Shown here: in pieces, positions 48,001 to 56,709 of the stretch | How positions within the stretch are numbered: the stretch's first letter is position 1 | Layout: each line of letters begins with the position of its first letter | Source of the DNA: a virus | Lineage: Duplodnaviria > Caudoviricetes | DNA length: 64,000 nucleotides | Strand: one strand, 5' to 3' | IMG/VR virus record: IMGVR_UViG_3300028128_000337 | Span: 34,279-98,278 of that record | Position numbers and translations under genes: made by a program | Notes under the pieces: generated by a model | Databases searched by the model: none | What the model was told of the DNA's origin: nothing | What the model saw: the letters and a program-made list of their open reading frames with translations, nothing else

Positions 48001-48555
48001 CAGACGGAAAAAGAGAATTGGAACAATACACACGTATCTGTATCCTCACTAAGCGCTAGATGGAGTGCACCGGAGAAAGGAACAACAAACACGCTCTCGA
48101 GAACGCTAGCTAACGTTAACGATGAAAAACGCTTCTTGACCATGCAATCTAACAACCCAGCTAAAGATAGTGACTGGAACAACGTGGATTGGGAGCACAC
48201 ATACATAACACCATATAGTGCAAGGATCATAAAGATTATGTTGCGGGGGCGGAATACTGCCGGGAAAACGATCAAAGTGGGAATACATAGTAACACCGGG
48301 AAGAGTGGGAGTGATGGTAAGGAATACGAGTGCTTCACACAAACAGCAATTGAAGAGCGTGATGTAACCTTCACGCATGATCTATCAAGCATGCCATTTG
48401 AATTTACAGATACATCGAGCATTAACGAGGGAGATACATTAGGAGTCAGCGTCTCAGCAACTGGTGATATCGGCCCATGTAATGTCACAATTTTTATGGA
48501 ATACCCAAATTACATCTTTACGGAGGACGCTCGGAAAGATGCGACTAAATATTAA
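39058..48555 (+). CDS. Giant (3165 aa) beta-repeat tail-fibre-like protein
   Basis: T.LD..T.DT.DG repeats, LSGTLDVDDATRINDTLDV repeats, five GDLRVDGNAYLSAG junction modules. Confidence 0.75.
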   Translation: MAGNRKFHNKFHSANHHTLPSPHIIDSGLDPIASHEFPFIGDLVMNGTLSASNNLLINRGGRHSSKLDTIPHGLHPVTDLKLGGSWNILRDSTYIDGDTVITGNLSALGETSYFATQVYTTSATEIDIFSDNSNGKTAAFAVDQHGSNDLFDIRNDASSVLVITGSGDGMLTHPEFTDIPIGGHVGVNLGNLNDVSRPNQRMTIVGSVSVVPDPYETMSQNQQKDPGTTGSLYVEGGVHANDHSYLDQLTVDTTDGNFLISGGHNNSTSNILDVHVPAKFDMVTIDTDDGDFHIQGSNKVQIDTKNSDGISLDVKWHSRFDQVTVDTSLGEMYVSGTQGVDIDTHVDIDGHTKLDQLTVDTTDGTLYIHGGSNDANSNPVDIDVPTFLDKVTIDTTDGTMTVSGSNEIYINSVNTSGVGLDVDTHSLFDQITIDTTDGDAYITGSNRVYIDSNLAKNDTKPGFEVQSWSKLNKTTIDTTHGKMFVSGGNNDHTANPLIVTVPTELDKTTIDTDEGDLYIHGDNKVQIDTKNSDGISLDVKWHSRFDQVTVDTSLGEMHVTGTQGVDIDTHVDIDGHTKLDQLTVDTTDGTLSAHGTGKVSIDTTQGLDVDTHTQLDQLTVDTNDGKFLIKTTGVNNIFDVDVPTLLDKTTIDTTDGDMVVQGTNKVSIISQNMQSGIGLDVTTPTLLNKLTVHTTAGGMLVSGSNKVTIEAADSSDVGLDVDSKTLLDWTNINTNDGVFYIGGGNRMLLESLDADTGIGLEVRTHAYLNQVTINTSNHAFSISGDKGLNIAGDTSIGQKLSVDGLTELDQVTVNTNDGIFLIEGSNILNVKSESQFTQSKTTLRETVIDTRHNKDVTIKGSGVMDVDVSDVDFDGHVKLDRVTVDVDDGDFLVNSAASWDNSNKLDVRVPTTLASLTASTIQSKAVIHGEYPIIFNSPAFFNRSADFTHHDVEFLDIHVSRFTDLNELHVDTSNGDMVVSGTGGLKIHTPMTIDGDMHITGDLTVDGNAYLSAGIDGVINVGDTNTDSVVFYADVDSDVIPNVTNKYNLGTPSKRWTKTYAASGHYDRLNVSHHVDIEGTLDVNAHTNLDQLTVHTSDGDMVVSGQHQLHVSTTDGVDIDTDVDIDGHTQLDQVTIDTSDGKMHIIGEGGVDIDTNFDIDGHTQLDQVTVDTDDGEMHIMGEGGLDIDTHVDIDGHTQLDQVTVDTTDGRFLVSGGNNDTTAHIFDVHVPTELDMLTVDTSDGRLLVSGTGASGYENPVDIDVPTHLDRTHIDTTDGSFIVSGDNRMYVSAELGLWVDTHTQLDQLTVDTTDDDMLVIGTNKLRVNTNQGVDIDTHTQLDQVTIDTNDGDMIITGDNRTHIHTGLTTYSDISAVGGSWIFDCRQASESRPGSVNPSDQTDGSVDNWEYENVPTHPFVVKCNSLFESGISASGPVQIGPLPAGVVDELTEPTLEVFGNMWLRDGNLKIDSDIRHRDNERTLIRFSHDQISLVAGDARLLTLTEKLSTIGNDLVEIGDADQPADLKLYKQGDEISLFHDSTDGHVEFTGNVGIGGHNTAAPVIGDGLDVIGSARVTQTLSAHNLVVDYLTVQNSSFGNVGTGGYGSAILSPLSGIALASEVVSEWTDQGVSQDIHGTPVGIEFDLQYDDQGDIQKMYSFTFEALSADVGLGVKVGDTQSVTYRLVAKWDGDYTIAEVFDAEDGILYTSDEKFVTVSSVVLSATSIPTTERVVKVVAQADVDCNYWVHNVLSQDKPQELDTVTTADFRIGGNLTVDGDQLHDGDSTITGDLYVQGDVRVDGNAYLSAGPSGIINVGDQDTDVVNILADVDSYLLPDVRQRLNNNEFKLNSPGGSTTPSTISGWSVTDGALKAVALNTDVVTPNTPTVSTVSITQVHNFIGGVTYDVDVNVLYEQSPVIISLDQSVKWSDGTVGPQSIGEHARFTTLQTPPTSITVTLNQSTEISEISLYKSHDIGSPEKEWDQAFVKNISVSEQMDITGGVVMQSGLHIMGDLRVDGNAYLSGGTGGVINVGDANTDNVVFNADVDSDIIPDINITHDLGTASQQWRELFVQNIKATGDVTVSQNLDVELGTTLHDELIVSGMTTIGGNTVLSGTLDVDDATRINDTLDVEQVTTLHDNLTVSGMTTIGGNTVLSGTLDVDDATRINDTLDVEQVTTLHDNLTVSGHSTIGGNTTLSGTLDVDDATRINDTLDVELSTTLHSDLIVSGNTTLSGTLDVDDATRINDTLNVELSTTLHDNLTVSGHSTIGGNTTLSGTLDVDDATRINDTLDVELTTTLHSDLIVSGDATTKGNTTLSGMLDVDDATRINDTLDVELTTTLHEDLNVSGMTTIGGNTTLSGMLDVDDATRINDTLDVEQTTTLHSDLIVSGNTTLSGTLDVDDATRINDTLDVELTTTLHGDLNVSGHTTLSGELGVESKATFEEDVWIKGDLRVDGNAYLSAGTSGTINIGDSNTDNIIFYADVDSSIYPNVDNRFDIGSSTRQWQTLFVHDIISTGSVFVTGDITVGGGTILSGTLDVDDATTLHDELIVSGHGTIGGNTVLSGTLDVDDATTLHDELIVSGHGTIGGNTTLSGMLDVDDATTLHDELIVSGHGTIGGNTTLSGTLDVDDATTLHDELIVSGHGTIGGNTTLSGMLDVDGATNVHDTLDVELSTTLHDELIVSGHGTIGGNTVLSGALDVDDATRINDTLDVEQVTTLHDELIVSGMTTIGGHTVLSGTLDVDDATHVHGSLDVTANSTFHNDVLVLGNLRVNGNAYLSGGSSGDINIGDSSDDNVMFHADVDSNIIPNVDITYDIGSTSQQWRELYVEDIKATGDVYWSGGGSLSSNSVYNYVNTTSGTHGWSHLKPESGFGPTKLVLDPDEVPRLAITNVYTVSNPENVVTQQSNISRGDFVLVVASQDNLIATRDNPSGTYNIDTGNYTGYARLFAPENMVRVINGMQGQSVTIDPDDLEDAETDHKFVEQTEKENWNNTHVSVSSLSARWSAPEKGTTNTLSRTLANVNDEKRFLTMQSNNPAKDSDWNNVDWEHTYITPYSARIIKIMLRGRNTAGKTIKVGIHSNTGKSGSDGKEYECFTQTAIEERDVTFTHDLSSMPFEFTDTSSINEGDTLGVSVSATGDIGPCNVTIFMEYPNYIFTEDARKDATKY
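39952..40831 (+). repeat. Near-identical 205-bp direct duplication (39952-40156 / 40627-40831)
   Basis: AAAGTACAAATTGACACTAAAAACTCAGATGG...ACTGACGGTACGTTGT repeated at 675-nt offset. Confidence 0.9.
45300..47290 (+). repeat. In-frame modular tandem repeat arrays (6/12-codon units)
   Basis: Many near-identical copies of TTGAGTGGCACGTTGGATGTGGATGAYGCAAC and related modules. Confidence 0.9.
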
Positions 48556-48572
48556 TAACAGCAATTTAAATC

Positions 48573-51500
48573 ATGCAGAATTTAACAGATAAAAAATACA
48601 TAACAATATACGATACAGAAAAATATCTTGCTGTGATGGGATGTGTTTCTGGTGTTATATCTGTTGATGATATACTCGTAGCTAATAACAACCTTGTTGT
48701 GTCCGGTACCGGTAATGGGTTATATATAAACTCAGAATTTATTGACGCACCAGCCATCACAAGATGGGACTCAACACACACTAGTGTTTATACTAGCAGT
48801 GGGTACTGGGATAGTGTTTACACGTGGGTTAATAGTGATAGCGCCACGAACAGCACAACATATAACCGAACATCATTTGTGAACGTTAGTGGAGACACAA
48901 TGACCGGGGGGTTGATAGTTAGCGGTGACACTACAGTGGGTGGGAACACTGTGTTGAGTGGTGACACATGGATCAAAGGTGACTTGAGAGTGGATGGTAA
49001 TGCCTATCTGAGTGCAGGCACTAGCGGTAGAATAAACGTGGGTGATACCAATACAGATAATATTATATTTCATGCAGATATTGACAGTGGATTAACACCG
49101 GATAAAAATATCCAATATGACATAGGCAAACAGAATAAAAGATGGCGCACTATACACACACAGGATCTTAGCGCCACTGGTGGTCTTAATGTAGAATCAA
49201 TTGCAACATTACATTCAGATCTGATCGTGAGTGGTGATGCAACCACCAAAGGCAACACCACGCTGAGTGGCATGTTGGATGTGGATGACGCAACACGTAT
49301 CAATGACACGTTGGATGTGGAGCAGACCACCACGTTGCATTCAGATCTGATCGTGAGTGGTGATGCAACCACCAAAGGCAACACCACGCTGAGTGGCATG
49401 TTGGATGTGGATGACGCAACACGAATCAATGACACGTTGGATGTGGAACTCACGACAACATTGCATTCAGATCTGATCGTGAGCGGTGATGCAACCACCA
49501 AAGGCAACACCACGTTGAGTGGCATGTTGGATGTGGATGACGCAACACGAATCAATGACACGTTGGATGTGGAACTCACGACAACGTTGCATGACAATCT
49601 AACGGTTAGTGGTCACACTACATTGAGTGGTAACACTACATTGAGTGGCATGTTGGATGTGGATGACGCAACACGAATCAATGACACGTTGGATGTGGAA
49701 CTCACGACAACGTTGCATGACAATCTAACGGTTAGTGGTCACACCACATTGAGTGGTAACACTACATTGAGTGGCATGTTGGATGTTGAGCAAACCGCCA
49801 CATTGTATGAGGATTTAATTGTTAGCGGTATGACCACGCTGAGTGGCACGTTGGATGTTGCCGCCGGTACAAGCATACATGACACACTGGAAGTTGAACT
49901 TGACACGAAGTTACACTCAGATTTAATCGTTGGTGACAACACAACTTTGAGTGGTACATTGAGCGCTAAACAGAACGCAACATTCAATCAGAATGTACAT
50001 ATCAAGGGTGACTTGAGGGTGGATGGTAATGCATATTTGAGCGCTGGTGCATCTGGTGTTATTAACGTAGGTGATACAGCTGCAGATGTAATTATTTTCA
50101 ACGCTGATGTCAAGAGCTCAATCAACCCAGACGACAACCAAACATACGATCTCGGCTCAACTACACAGCAATGGAAACAACTGTTTGTTCATGACATAAG
50201 CTCCTCCGGAGATGTAACAGTTACAGAGAATATTGTGGTGAGTGGGAGTACCACGCTGAGCGGCACGTTAGATGTTGATGGTGCTACAAATATCAACAAC
50301 ACGTTGGATGTTGAGTCTCGAGCAACCATACATGATGAATTGAGAGTCAGTGGTGATAACATCACTAGTGGTAATACAACGTTAAGCGGTATGTTGGTAG
50401 TTAGTAGCAACACTACATTGAGTGGCATGTTGGATGTAGATGACGCAACACGTATCAATGACACGTTAGATGTAGAGCAGGTCACCACATTGCATGACGA
50501 ATTGATTGTTAGCGGCATGACCACGATTGGTGGTAACACTGTGTTGAGTGGCACGTTGGATGTGGATGACGCAACACGTATCAATGACACGTTGGATGTG
50601 GAGCGGACCACCACGTTGCATTCAGATCTGATCGTGAGTGGCATGACAACATTGCATGACGAATTGATTGTTAGTGGCATGACCACGATTGGTGGTGACA
50701 CCGTGTTGAGTGGCATGTTGGATGTGGATGACGCAACACGTATTAATGACACGTTGGATGTGGAGCAGGTCACCACGTTGCATGACGAATTGATTGTTAG
50801 CGGCATGACAACATTGCATGACGAATTGATTGTTAGCGGCATGACCACGATTGGTGGTGACACCGTGTTGAGTGGCACGTTGGATGTGGATGGTCCAGTA
50901 CAGATCAACAATACACTAAGCACGACTGAACCGGTCACGTTTGGTGACGATGTTTGGGTCAAAGGTGATCTTCGAGTAGACGGCAACACATATCTAAGTG
51001 CTGGCGTGGATGGTGACATCAATGTTGGGAACACAAACACCGACAGTGTAGTGTTTCATGCGGATGTGAAAAGCTCGATGATACCGGATATTGATACAGA
51101 GTTTGATCTTGGTAATATGTCTCAAAGATGGCGCCAATTGTTCGTGAAGGATGTCAGTGCCAGTAGTGACGTATATTGGAACGGTGGTAATAGTTTGGTA
51201 TCGAACAGCGTACACAACAGCGTTTCGTCCACTAGCGGTACATGGGACAGTGTTTATAACTTTGTCAAGACTACTAGTGGTGATCACGGTTACCCAACAC
51301 TAGTACATGATACATATAACAACAAACTGGTACTCGATCCAAAATATGTACCAGATCTGAGTATAACTAAAACATTTGTATGCTCACAACCATCAGATGT
51401 TGAGCAAACGTGTAGTACGGAAAATATCGAGGAAGGTGACATAATAACAGTCACTAATCCACCACACACCATAATAGCGGCGATGAACAAACCATCCGGA

Positions 51501-53948
51501 GTGCATACTCAGATCACCGGCGGCTCTGGTGTAACCGATACTTTCGCTGGATTTACCAAACTATCATTTCATACGGATTATGTGTTCAGTGTGAACATGA
51601 AAAATGGATTGCACATCGTGTTGAATCCTGACGACCTTGATGATAATGTAACAGCGCATAAATTTGTTAGCCAGGACGAGATAAACAAATTGTACAGTGT
51701 ATACACCTGGGTCAATAGTGATAGTGCCACGAACAACACAAATTACAACAGAACAACTTTTATAAACGCTAGTGGAGATACAATGGATGGTGATTTTGTG
51801 TTGAGCGGCACACTTGATGTGGATGACGCAACGCGAATCAATGACACATTGGATGTGGAGCAGGTCACCACGTTGCATGACAATCTAACGGTTAGTGGCA
51901 ACACCACGTTGCATGACAATCTAACGGTTAGTGGCAACATCACGTTGAGTGGCATGTTGGATGTGGATGACGCAACACGAATCAATGACACGTTGGATGT
52001 GGAACTCACGGCAACGTTGCATGACAATCTAACGGTTAGTGGTCACAGCACTATTGGCGGTAACACCGTGTTGAGTGGCACACTTGATGTGGATGATGCA
52101 ACACGGATCAATGACACGTTGGATGTGGAGCTCACGACAACGTTGCATTCAGATCTGATCGTGAGTGGCAACACCACGTTGAGTGGCACGTTGGATGTGG
52201 ATGACGCAACGCGTATCAATGACACGTTGGATGTGGAACTCACGGCAACGTTGCATGACAATCTAACGGTTAGTGGTGATACTTGGATCAAAGGTGACTT
52301 GAGAGTCGATGGTAATGCGTATCTTAGTGCTGGTGCCAGTGGAGTCATCAATGTCGGGGACACGAACACCGACAACGTGATATTTCATGCAGATGTAGAT
52401 AGTCACATCGAACCAGATAAAACTGATATATATGATATTGGCTCTAAATCCCAAAGATGGAGAGCCGTGCACAGTGTTTCAGCATTTTTTGATGAGTTAG
52501 ATATAGAGGACCTGAATGTATATGGTGTTACCACATTGAGTGGTAAATCTGATCATAGAGGACCAGGAGTTATAATAAAAGGCACACCAACCGGTATCAC
52601 AGATGCCAATCCGTACGGATTTGATGATCTGGGGTCAACACCAAGACAGGACTCATTGATACCAGATGTTGATATCACTGGTGATGTTGTGGTGCATGGT
52701 AGTTTGAGCGCGGACCAGGCTCATATATACTCATTAACTGCAACTGAATTTAAAGCCGAATATGAACAGTTGATTGTCAATGAAGGTGATCTACAGTTAA
52801 GGGACGGTAATTTCCGTCAGCGTGGTGGTAACATCATGATCGAAGGTGATATTGTTCACATTGATGATGACAACACATATATACGCTTTGAACAAGACTC
52901 AATTGAGTTTGTAGCACACGATGTGAGGATGATACAGCTCAACGAGAACCCCACAGTGGACGATATAATAACATTCGGTGATCCCGGGAATCCTGTTGAT
53001 ATTAGAGTACAAAATCCAACTGATATGAACACAATGTTCATTCAAGGTTCAACCGGTTATGTTGGCATAGGAACACAATCCCCGTTAGAAAAATTACATG
53101 TAGCGCATGGACAGGTACAATTGGCCACCGGGGGAAATGACGGTGCTTTGATGTTACCGGCAGGTAGTACAGGTCAGCGAGTAGATAAAACCGGTTCAAT
53201 CAGATGGAACACAGAAACAAATAAATATGAGGGCTACAGAGATGATATAGGAAGTTGGATAACATTTACCGAAACTGGTGATGAGGATGGTGATACGTAT
53301 ATAGATTTTGACGCTGGTGAGTATATCAACAGCGATAGGGTGGCACTATACACTGCTGGGTGCTCTGCGATGGTAATACACCCGAATCAAACAGTATCAT
53401 TCGCTGGAGACATACAATTTGACAACATAACTGTTTATGATAGTAACAACATAACAGGCCCGATCTCCGCTACTAGCGAGTTTATATACCTCAAAGTTAA
53501 CGGAAAGGATCGCGCGATCAGATTATGGGAAACACCAGCTGACACTGAGCAGGATATAGAGACAATACATGGGGAGAGTGTGTCTTGGATTGACGATCGT
53601 TGTGCACATGGTATAGATGGTAATCTCCCGGTTCAAACAATCAGTGCCGCCCCGGTGCTCCGCAACCCACCAACACAAAAATACGGACTAGACACAGACG
53701 GTGATCATATCATAGATACTGTAGATACAGATGATGATAACGATGGCGTGGTAGATTGGATGGACATATCACCATTGGGACCAGGTTCTGAGAGGGATGG
53801 TGAGCGGGATCATGATGGTGACAACATAATGGATCAACACGATCCGGACAGCTTCAGATACACGGGCCACTGGAATGATGCGGCAGCACCATACGAAACG
53901 TATGAACTTATAGGTACAAACTGGGATAACCTAACAGGAGAAGGATAA
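48573..53948 (+). CDS. Large (1791 aa) beta-repeat fibre-like protein, paralogous to 39058-48555
   Basis: Same repeat modules; four junction modules; GYVGIGT..P..KLHV, GSIRWNTE; C-terminal DxDxDG repeats. Confidence 0.75.
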   Translation: MQNLTDKKYITIYDTEKYLAVMGCVSGVISVDDILVANNNLVVSGTGNGLYINSEFIDAPAITRWDSTHTSVYTSSGYWDSVYTWVNSDSATNSTTYNRTSFVNVSGDTMTGGLIVSGDTTVGGNTVLSGDTWIKGDLRVDGNAYLSAGTSGRINVGDTNTDNIIFHADIDSGLTPDKNIQYDIGKQNKRWRTIHTQDLSATGGLNVESIATLHSDLIVSGDATTKGNTTLSGMLDVDDATRINDTLDVEQTTTLHSDLIVSGDATTKGNTTLSGMLDVDDATRINDTLDVELTTTLHSDLIVSGDATTKGNTTLSGMLDVDDATRINDTLDVELTTTLHDNLTVSGHTTLSGNTTLSGMLDVDDATRINDTLDVELTTTLHDNLTVSGHTTLSGNTTLSGMLDVEQTATLYEDLIVSGMTTLSGTLDVAAGTSIHDTLEVELDTKLHSDLIVGDNTTLSGTLSAKQNATFNQNVHIKGDLRVDGNAYLSAGASGVINVGDTAADVIIFNADVKSSINPDDNQTYDLGSTTQQWKQLFVHDISSSGDVTVTENIVVSGSTTLSGTLDVDGATNINNTLDVESRATIHDELRVSGDNITSGNTTLSGMLVVSSNTTLSGMLDVDDATRINDTLDVEQVTTLHDELIVSGMTTIGGNTVLSGTLDVDDATRINDTLDVERTTTLHSDLIVSGMTTLHDELIVSGMTTIGGDTVLSGMLDVDDATRINDTLDVEQVTTLHDELIVSGMTTLHDELIVSGMTTIGGDTVLSGTLDVDGPVQINNTLSTTEPVTFGDDVWVKGDLRVDGNTYLSAGVDGDINVGNTNTDSVVFHADVKSSMIPDIDTEFDLGNMSQRWRQLFVKDVSASSDVYWNGGNSLVSNSVHNSVSSTSGTWDSVYNFVKTTSGDHGYPTLVHDTYNNKLVLDPKYVPDLSITKTFVCSQPSDVEQTCSTENIEEGDIITVTNPPHTIIAAMNKPSGVHTQITGGSGVTDTFAGFTKLSFHTDYVFSVNMKNGLHIVLNPDDLDDNVTAHKFVSQDEINKLYSVYTWVNSDSATNNTNYNRTTFINASGDTMDGDFVLSGTLDVDDATRINDTLDVEQVTTLHDNLTVSGNTTLHDNLTVSGNITLSGMLDVDDATRINDTLDVELTATLHDNLTVSGHSTIGGNTVLSGTLDVDDATRINDTLDVELTTTLHSDLIVSGNTTLSGTLDVDDATRINDTLDVELTATLHDNLTVSGDTWIKGDLRVDGNAYLSAGASGVINVGDTNTDNVIFHADVDSHIEPDKTDIYDIGSKSQRWRAVHSVSAFFDELDIEDLNVYGVTTLSGKSDHRGPGVIIKGTPTGITDANPYGFDDLGSTPRQDSLIPDVDITGDVVVHGSLSADQAHIYSLTATEFKAEYEQLIVNEGDLQLRDGNFRQRGGNIMIEGDIVHIDDDNTYIRFEQDSIEFVAHDVRMIQLNENPTVDDIITFGDPGNPVDIRVQNPTDMNTMFIQGSTGYVGIGTQSPLEKLHVAHGQVQLATGGNDGALMLPAGSTGQRVDKTGSIRWNTETNKYEGYRDDIGSWITFTETGDEDGDTYIDFDAGEYINSDRVALYTAGCSAMVIHPNQTVSFAGDIQFDNITVYDSNNITGPISATSEFIYLKVNGKDRAIRLWETPADTEQDIETIHGESVSWIDDRCAHGIDGNLPVQTISAAPVLRNPPTQKYGLDTDGDHIIDTVDTDDDNDGVVDWMDISPLGPGSERDGERDHDGDNIMDQHDPDSFRYTGHWNDAAAPYETYELIGTNWDNLTGEG
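49200..52280 (+). repeat. Modular repeat arrays (about 49200-49860, 50400-50890, 51800-52280) matching those in the upstream gene
   Basis: Same DNA modules as 45300-47290. Confidence 0.88.
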
Positions 53949-53960
53949 ATAATTTAAGAC

Positions 53961-54704
53961 ATGAGCGAATTAACAGGAAAAACGGTAGCTAGTACATATA
54001 GGGACATACTACAAATGGGAAATTCTAACAACGGAATTGATACAACGTTACGATGGATACAAGATGGTGAAGGCCATGAATGTGGTGTCGGTATTAGCAC
54101 TACAGCTGTACACCTGAAAGGAGATACTAGTGTAGAGATTGAAGGTGATATAACAACACGTGGTGATATTAAACCATCAGATGACAATACATATGATATA
54201 GGATCACCCACTCGTCAAGTCAAGGATGTGCACGTGAATGGTAGTGTATATGTCAACACAGAACAACTGAGTGTTGATCCATCCACCCGAAGATTGACAT
54301 ATGTCATGACCGGTGGAAATAGCGAGAGTGTTGACGCAATTGTTGTGCAAAGCTATGACACCACTGACGGTGAACCAAACACACTAAGCAACAAACCACA
54401 ATTGAGTGTTAAAACTCTGACAACCGAGATTAGCGCATGTTATACTGGAACCACTCCGGATGTGAATGCCAATCACGTGAATTTGCCGGCCGGTTATCTA
54501 GGTCAAATTAAAACAATAATTGGTGCAGTTGAATCAGGACCTGTAAACATACATAGTACAGACATGGTGGACATGACCAAAATAACACTACCTGGCGGTG
54601 GTGGCACCGGAGTTGCAGAGACCATGGTGAGTGTGATGCTACAATACACAAGCACTGGATGGTTTTTATTGAACAAATCTTCCGAGCTTATCACAACAAG
54701 TTGA
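53961..54704 (+). CDS. Virion/fibre-associated protein
   Basis: LTGKTVASTY.D.L N-terminus, P..DNTYDIGS motif, LPAG..GQIKTI...LQY...GW C-terminal domain; late promoter. Confidence 0.65.
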   Translation: MSELTGKTVASTYRDILQMGNSNNGIDTTLRWIQDGEGHECGVGISTTAVHLKGDTSVEIEGDITTRGDIKPSDDNTYDIGSPTRQVKDVHVNGSVYVNTEQLSVDPSTRRLTYVMTGGNSESVDAIVVQSYDTTDGEPNTLSNKPQLSVKTLTTEISACYTGTTPDVNANHVNLPAGYLGQIKTIIGAVESGPVNIHSTDMVDMTKITLPGGGGTGVAETMVSVMLQYTSTGWFLLNKSSELITTS

Positions 54705-54719
54705 ATAAATAATTAAGAC

Positions 54720-56657
54720 ATGGCTAAGAATTTTACAGATTTTGACGAAGTAACCGGTAAGTTTTACGGTGCGGAATATAACAGTGAAGCATTTGCAGTA
54801 CAAGGTCGTAGCACCTCCGGAACTACACAAGACATACAAGGTTGGTTTTACCCGTTATACAGCACACAATCACATGCATCTAACCATTATGGTGATGGTG
54901 ATGCTCCGACACATGAACATACATTCTTTCACCTACCAGGTGTAACGCTGTACATGCCTACTGGAGATACGAACCATGGAGAGAATACAGATGGTGGGTA
55001 TCCGCATTACGGTGATGAGATCACAGGAGCTGATAAAGACATGTATCTTGTGGGATATGAATCTGATAACCCACACGGAGAAAGAAGATACACAGTGGAA
55101 AGTGTACTGTTAGCTGCTAGTGCATATCATGTAGGATTGGAGCGAGTGGATAATGAGAGCAAGGTTGAAATGCTTGACAATTGCACTTTAACCGGCACAA
55201 CAAGCGCGGACGATATGATTATCAAAGGTGATTTACGTGTTGATGGAGCACGTACTGAACTGAACACCATAAGCATGGCCACGAGTGCGTTCAATGTTGA
55301 TAACAATGGCACGACAATAGCTCTTTTGATCAAACAACGTGGAGATGACGGTATAGCTAGATTTTTAGATAATGAAGATGTCGCACTAGATATAGCAGAT
55401 GGGGGAAATGTTGGTATTGGTAGATCTGCACACCCGGTGCACAAATTAACAGTCAATGGTAGCATAAGTGCTGCTGGTCCTATGACGATTGAACATAAGG
55501 TGAACAATAGGGACATGATACAAGATGGAGGCAAACTAGACAACATACAACCATGGGCTGATGTCACGTGCATCAACCTCAACACTGTGTCAACACGATT
55601 AGCGTATTTAAAAGCAAACGCAACAGAGTATCAACATGTGACAGTCGCTAAAGGATTTGACCTGTTAGAAGATGGAGACAATTTTAAAAAGGTACCAACT
55701 TTAAGTGCCGCAGGAAACACAAAACCCGGTATCGGTGATTATTCAGTACAAAAATTAAAGAGTGTTGAGTACCAAGCTGATGTAACTGGTGATCATAGCG
55801 GAGACATAACATACAACATGATACCAGACGGTCCATGGGTTCCGGACAGCACACTATACAACACGTACGTAAAAACCACATCATCTGAATCGATACGGTT
55901 GACTAATGTCAGAGGTGTTAGCGCACAACTATACAACACTGATAATATCGGTGCAGGAGATTTCCCTAGAGACATAACTCGTGATGACATAAAAATGGCA
56001 TATCAACAAGCCTACCCGGATTTTTGGAGCACAGGGAATGAGACAGAATATAGAAATGATGTGTTACCGACGCTTGAACGGACACACAGCAACGTGACCG
56101 CGATCAGCTCCAGAAGAGATGCGGTTATAACAGAAGTAGAATCCAACAGTGCCGATTGGAACAATGTTTACGCAAGTGTTTCAACGACCAGTGCCAATTG
56201 GAACGATACACATACGAATGTCAAAGCGATCAGCTCCAGAAGAGATGCGGTTATAACAGAAGTAGAATCCAACAGTGCCGATTGGAACAATGTTTACGCA
56301 AGTGTTTCAACGACCAGTGCCAATTGGAACAATGTACATTCAAGCGTTTCAACGACCAGTGCTAATTGGGATAGTACACATACTGTAACGCATAATAATA
56401 GTGCAGAGTGGAGTGCATCAGTTGATAATATCAACAAACAAAACATGCAAGCTGGTCATGCTCACTTGAGTCATGTAAATGTGGTCGATAGTCTGACAGC
56501 TCAAACTGAAGCGCGGCTCGGTGGTAGTGTTTACGTGTTGAGTGCTGGAGTATGGAAAGTAGGATTGACTAAAACTGTTGATATTGGTGGTGATGATCTG
56601 GTATTTGTTGATGGTATACTTGTAGATCATGTACCTTCAACGAACAATAATGGTTAG
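54720..56657 (+). CDS. Fibre-associated protein with Trp-periodic repeats
   Basis: GNVGIG..P..KLTVNG; SANWN repeats; late promoter at 54705. Confidence 0.65.
   Translation: MAKNFTDFDEVTGKFYGAEYNSEAFAVQGRSTSGTTQDIQGWFYPLYSTQSHASNHYGDGDAPTHEHTFFHLPGVTLYMPTGDTNHGENTDGGYPHYGDEITGADKDMYLVGYESDNPHGERRYTVESVLLAASAYHVGLERVDNESKVEMLDNCTLTGTTSADDMIIKGDLRVDGARTELNTISMATSAFNVDNNGTTIALLIKQRGDDGIARFLDNEDVALDIADGGNVGIGRSAHPVHKLTVNGSISAAGPMTIEHKVNNRDMIQDGGKLDNIQPWADVTCINLNTVSTRLAYLKANATEYQHVTVAKGFDLLEDGDNFKKVPTLSAAGNTKPGIGDYSVQKLKSVEYQADVTGDHSGDITYNMIPDGPWVPDSTLYNTYVKTTSSESIRLTNVRGVSAQLYNTDNIGAGDFPRDITRDDIKMAYQQAYPDFWSTGNETEYRNDVLPTLERTHSNVTAISSRRDAVITEVESNSADWNNVYASVSTTSANWNDTHTNVKAISSRRDAVITEVESNSADWNNVYASVSTTSANWNNVHSSVSTTSANWDSTHTVTHNNSAEWSASVDNINKQNMQAGHAHLSHVNVVDSLTAQTEARLGGSVYVLSAGVWKVGLTKTVDIGGDDLVFVDGILVDHVPSTNNNG
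56100..56370 (+). repeat. 126-bp tandem repeat (SSRRDAVITEVESNSADWNNVY...)
   Basis: GCGATCAGCTCCAGAAGAGATGCGG... at 56100 and 56226. Confidence 0.85.
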
Positions 56658-56709
56658 TATGGAGGGTATAACTTAACAGTCACAACTGTTGTGTGGAAAG
56701 TGAAGCGCA

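Noticed and set aside
45300-52280. CRISPR-like array of ~36-nt repeats
   Set aside because: Units are in-frame coding modules in multiples of 3 with no unique spacers, and no cas genes are present
45297-52472. Long antisense ORFs (e.g. 50189-51040, 49070-49597)
   Set aside because: Shadows of the repetitive + strand frame; no independent start signals or protein features
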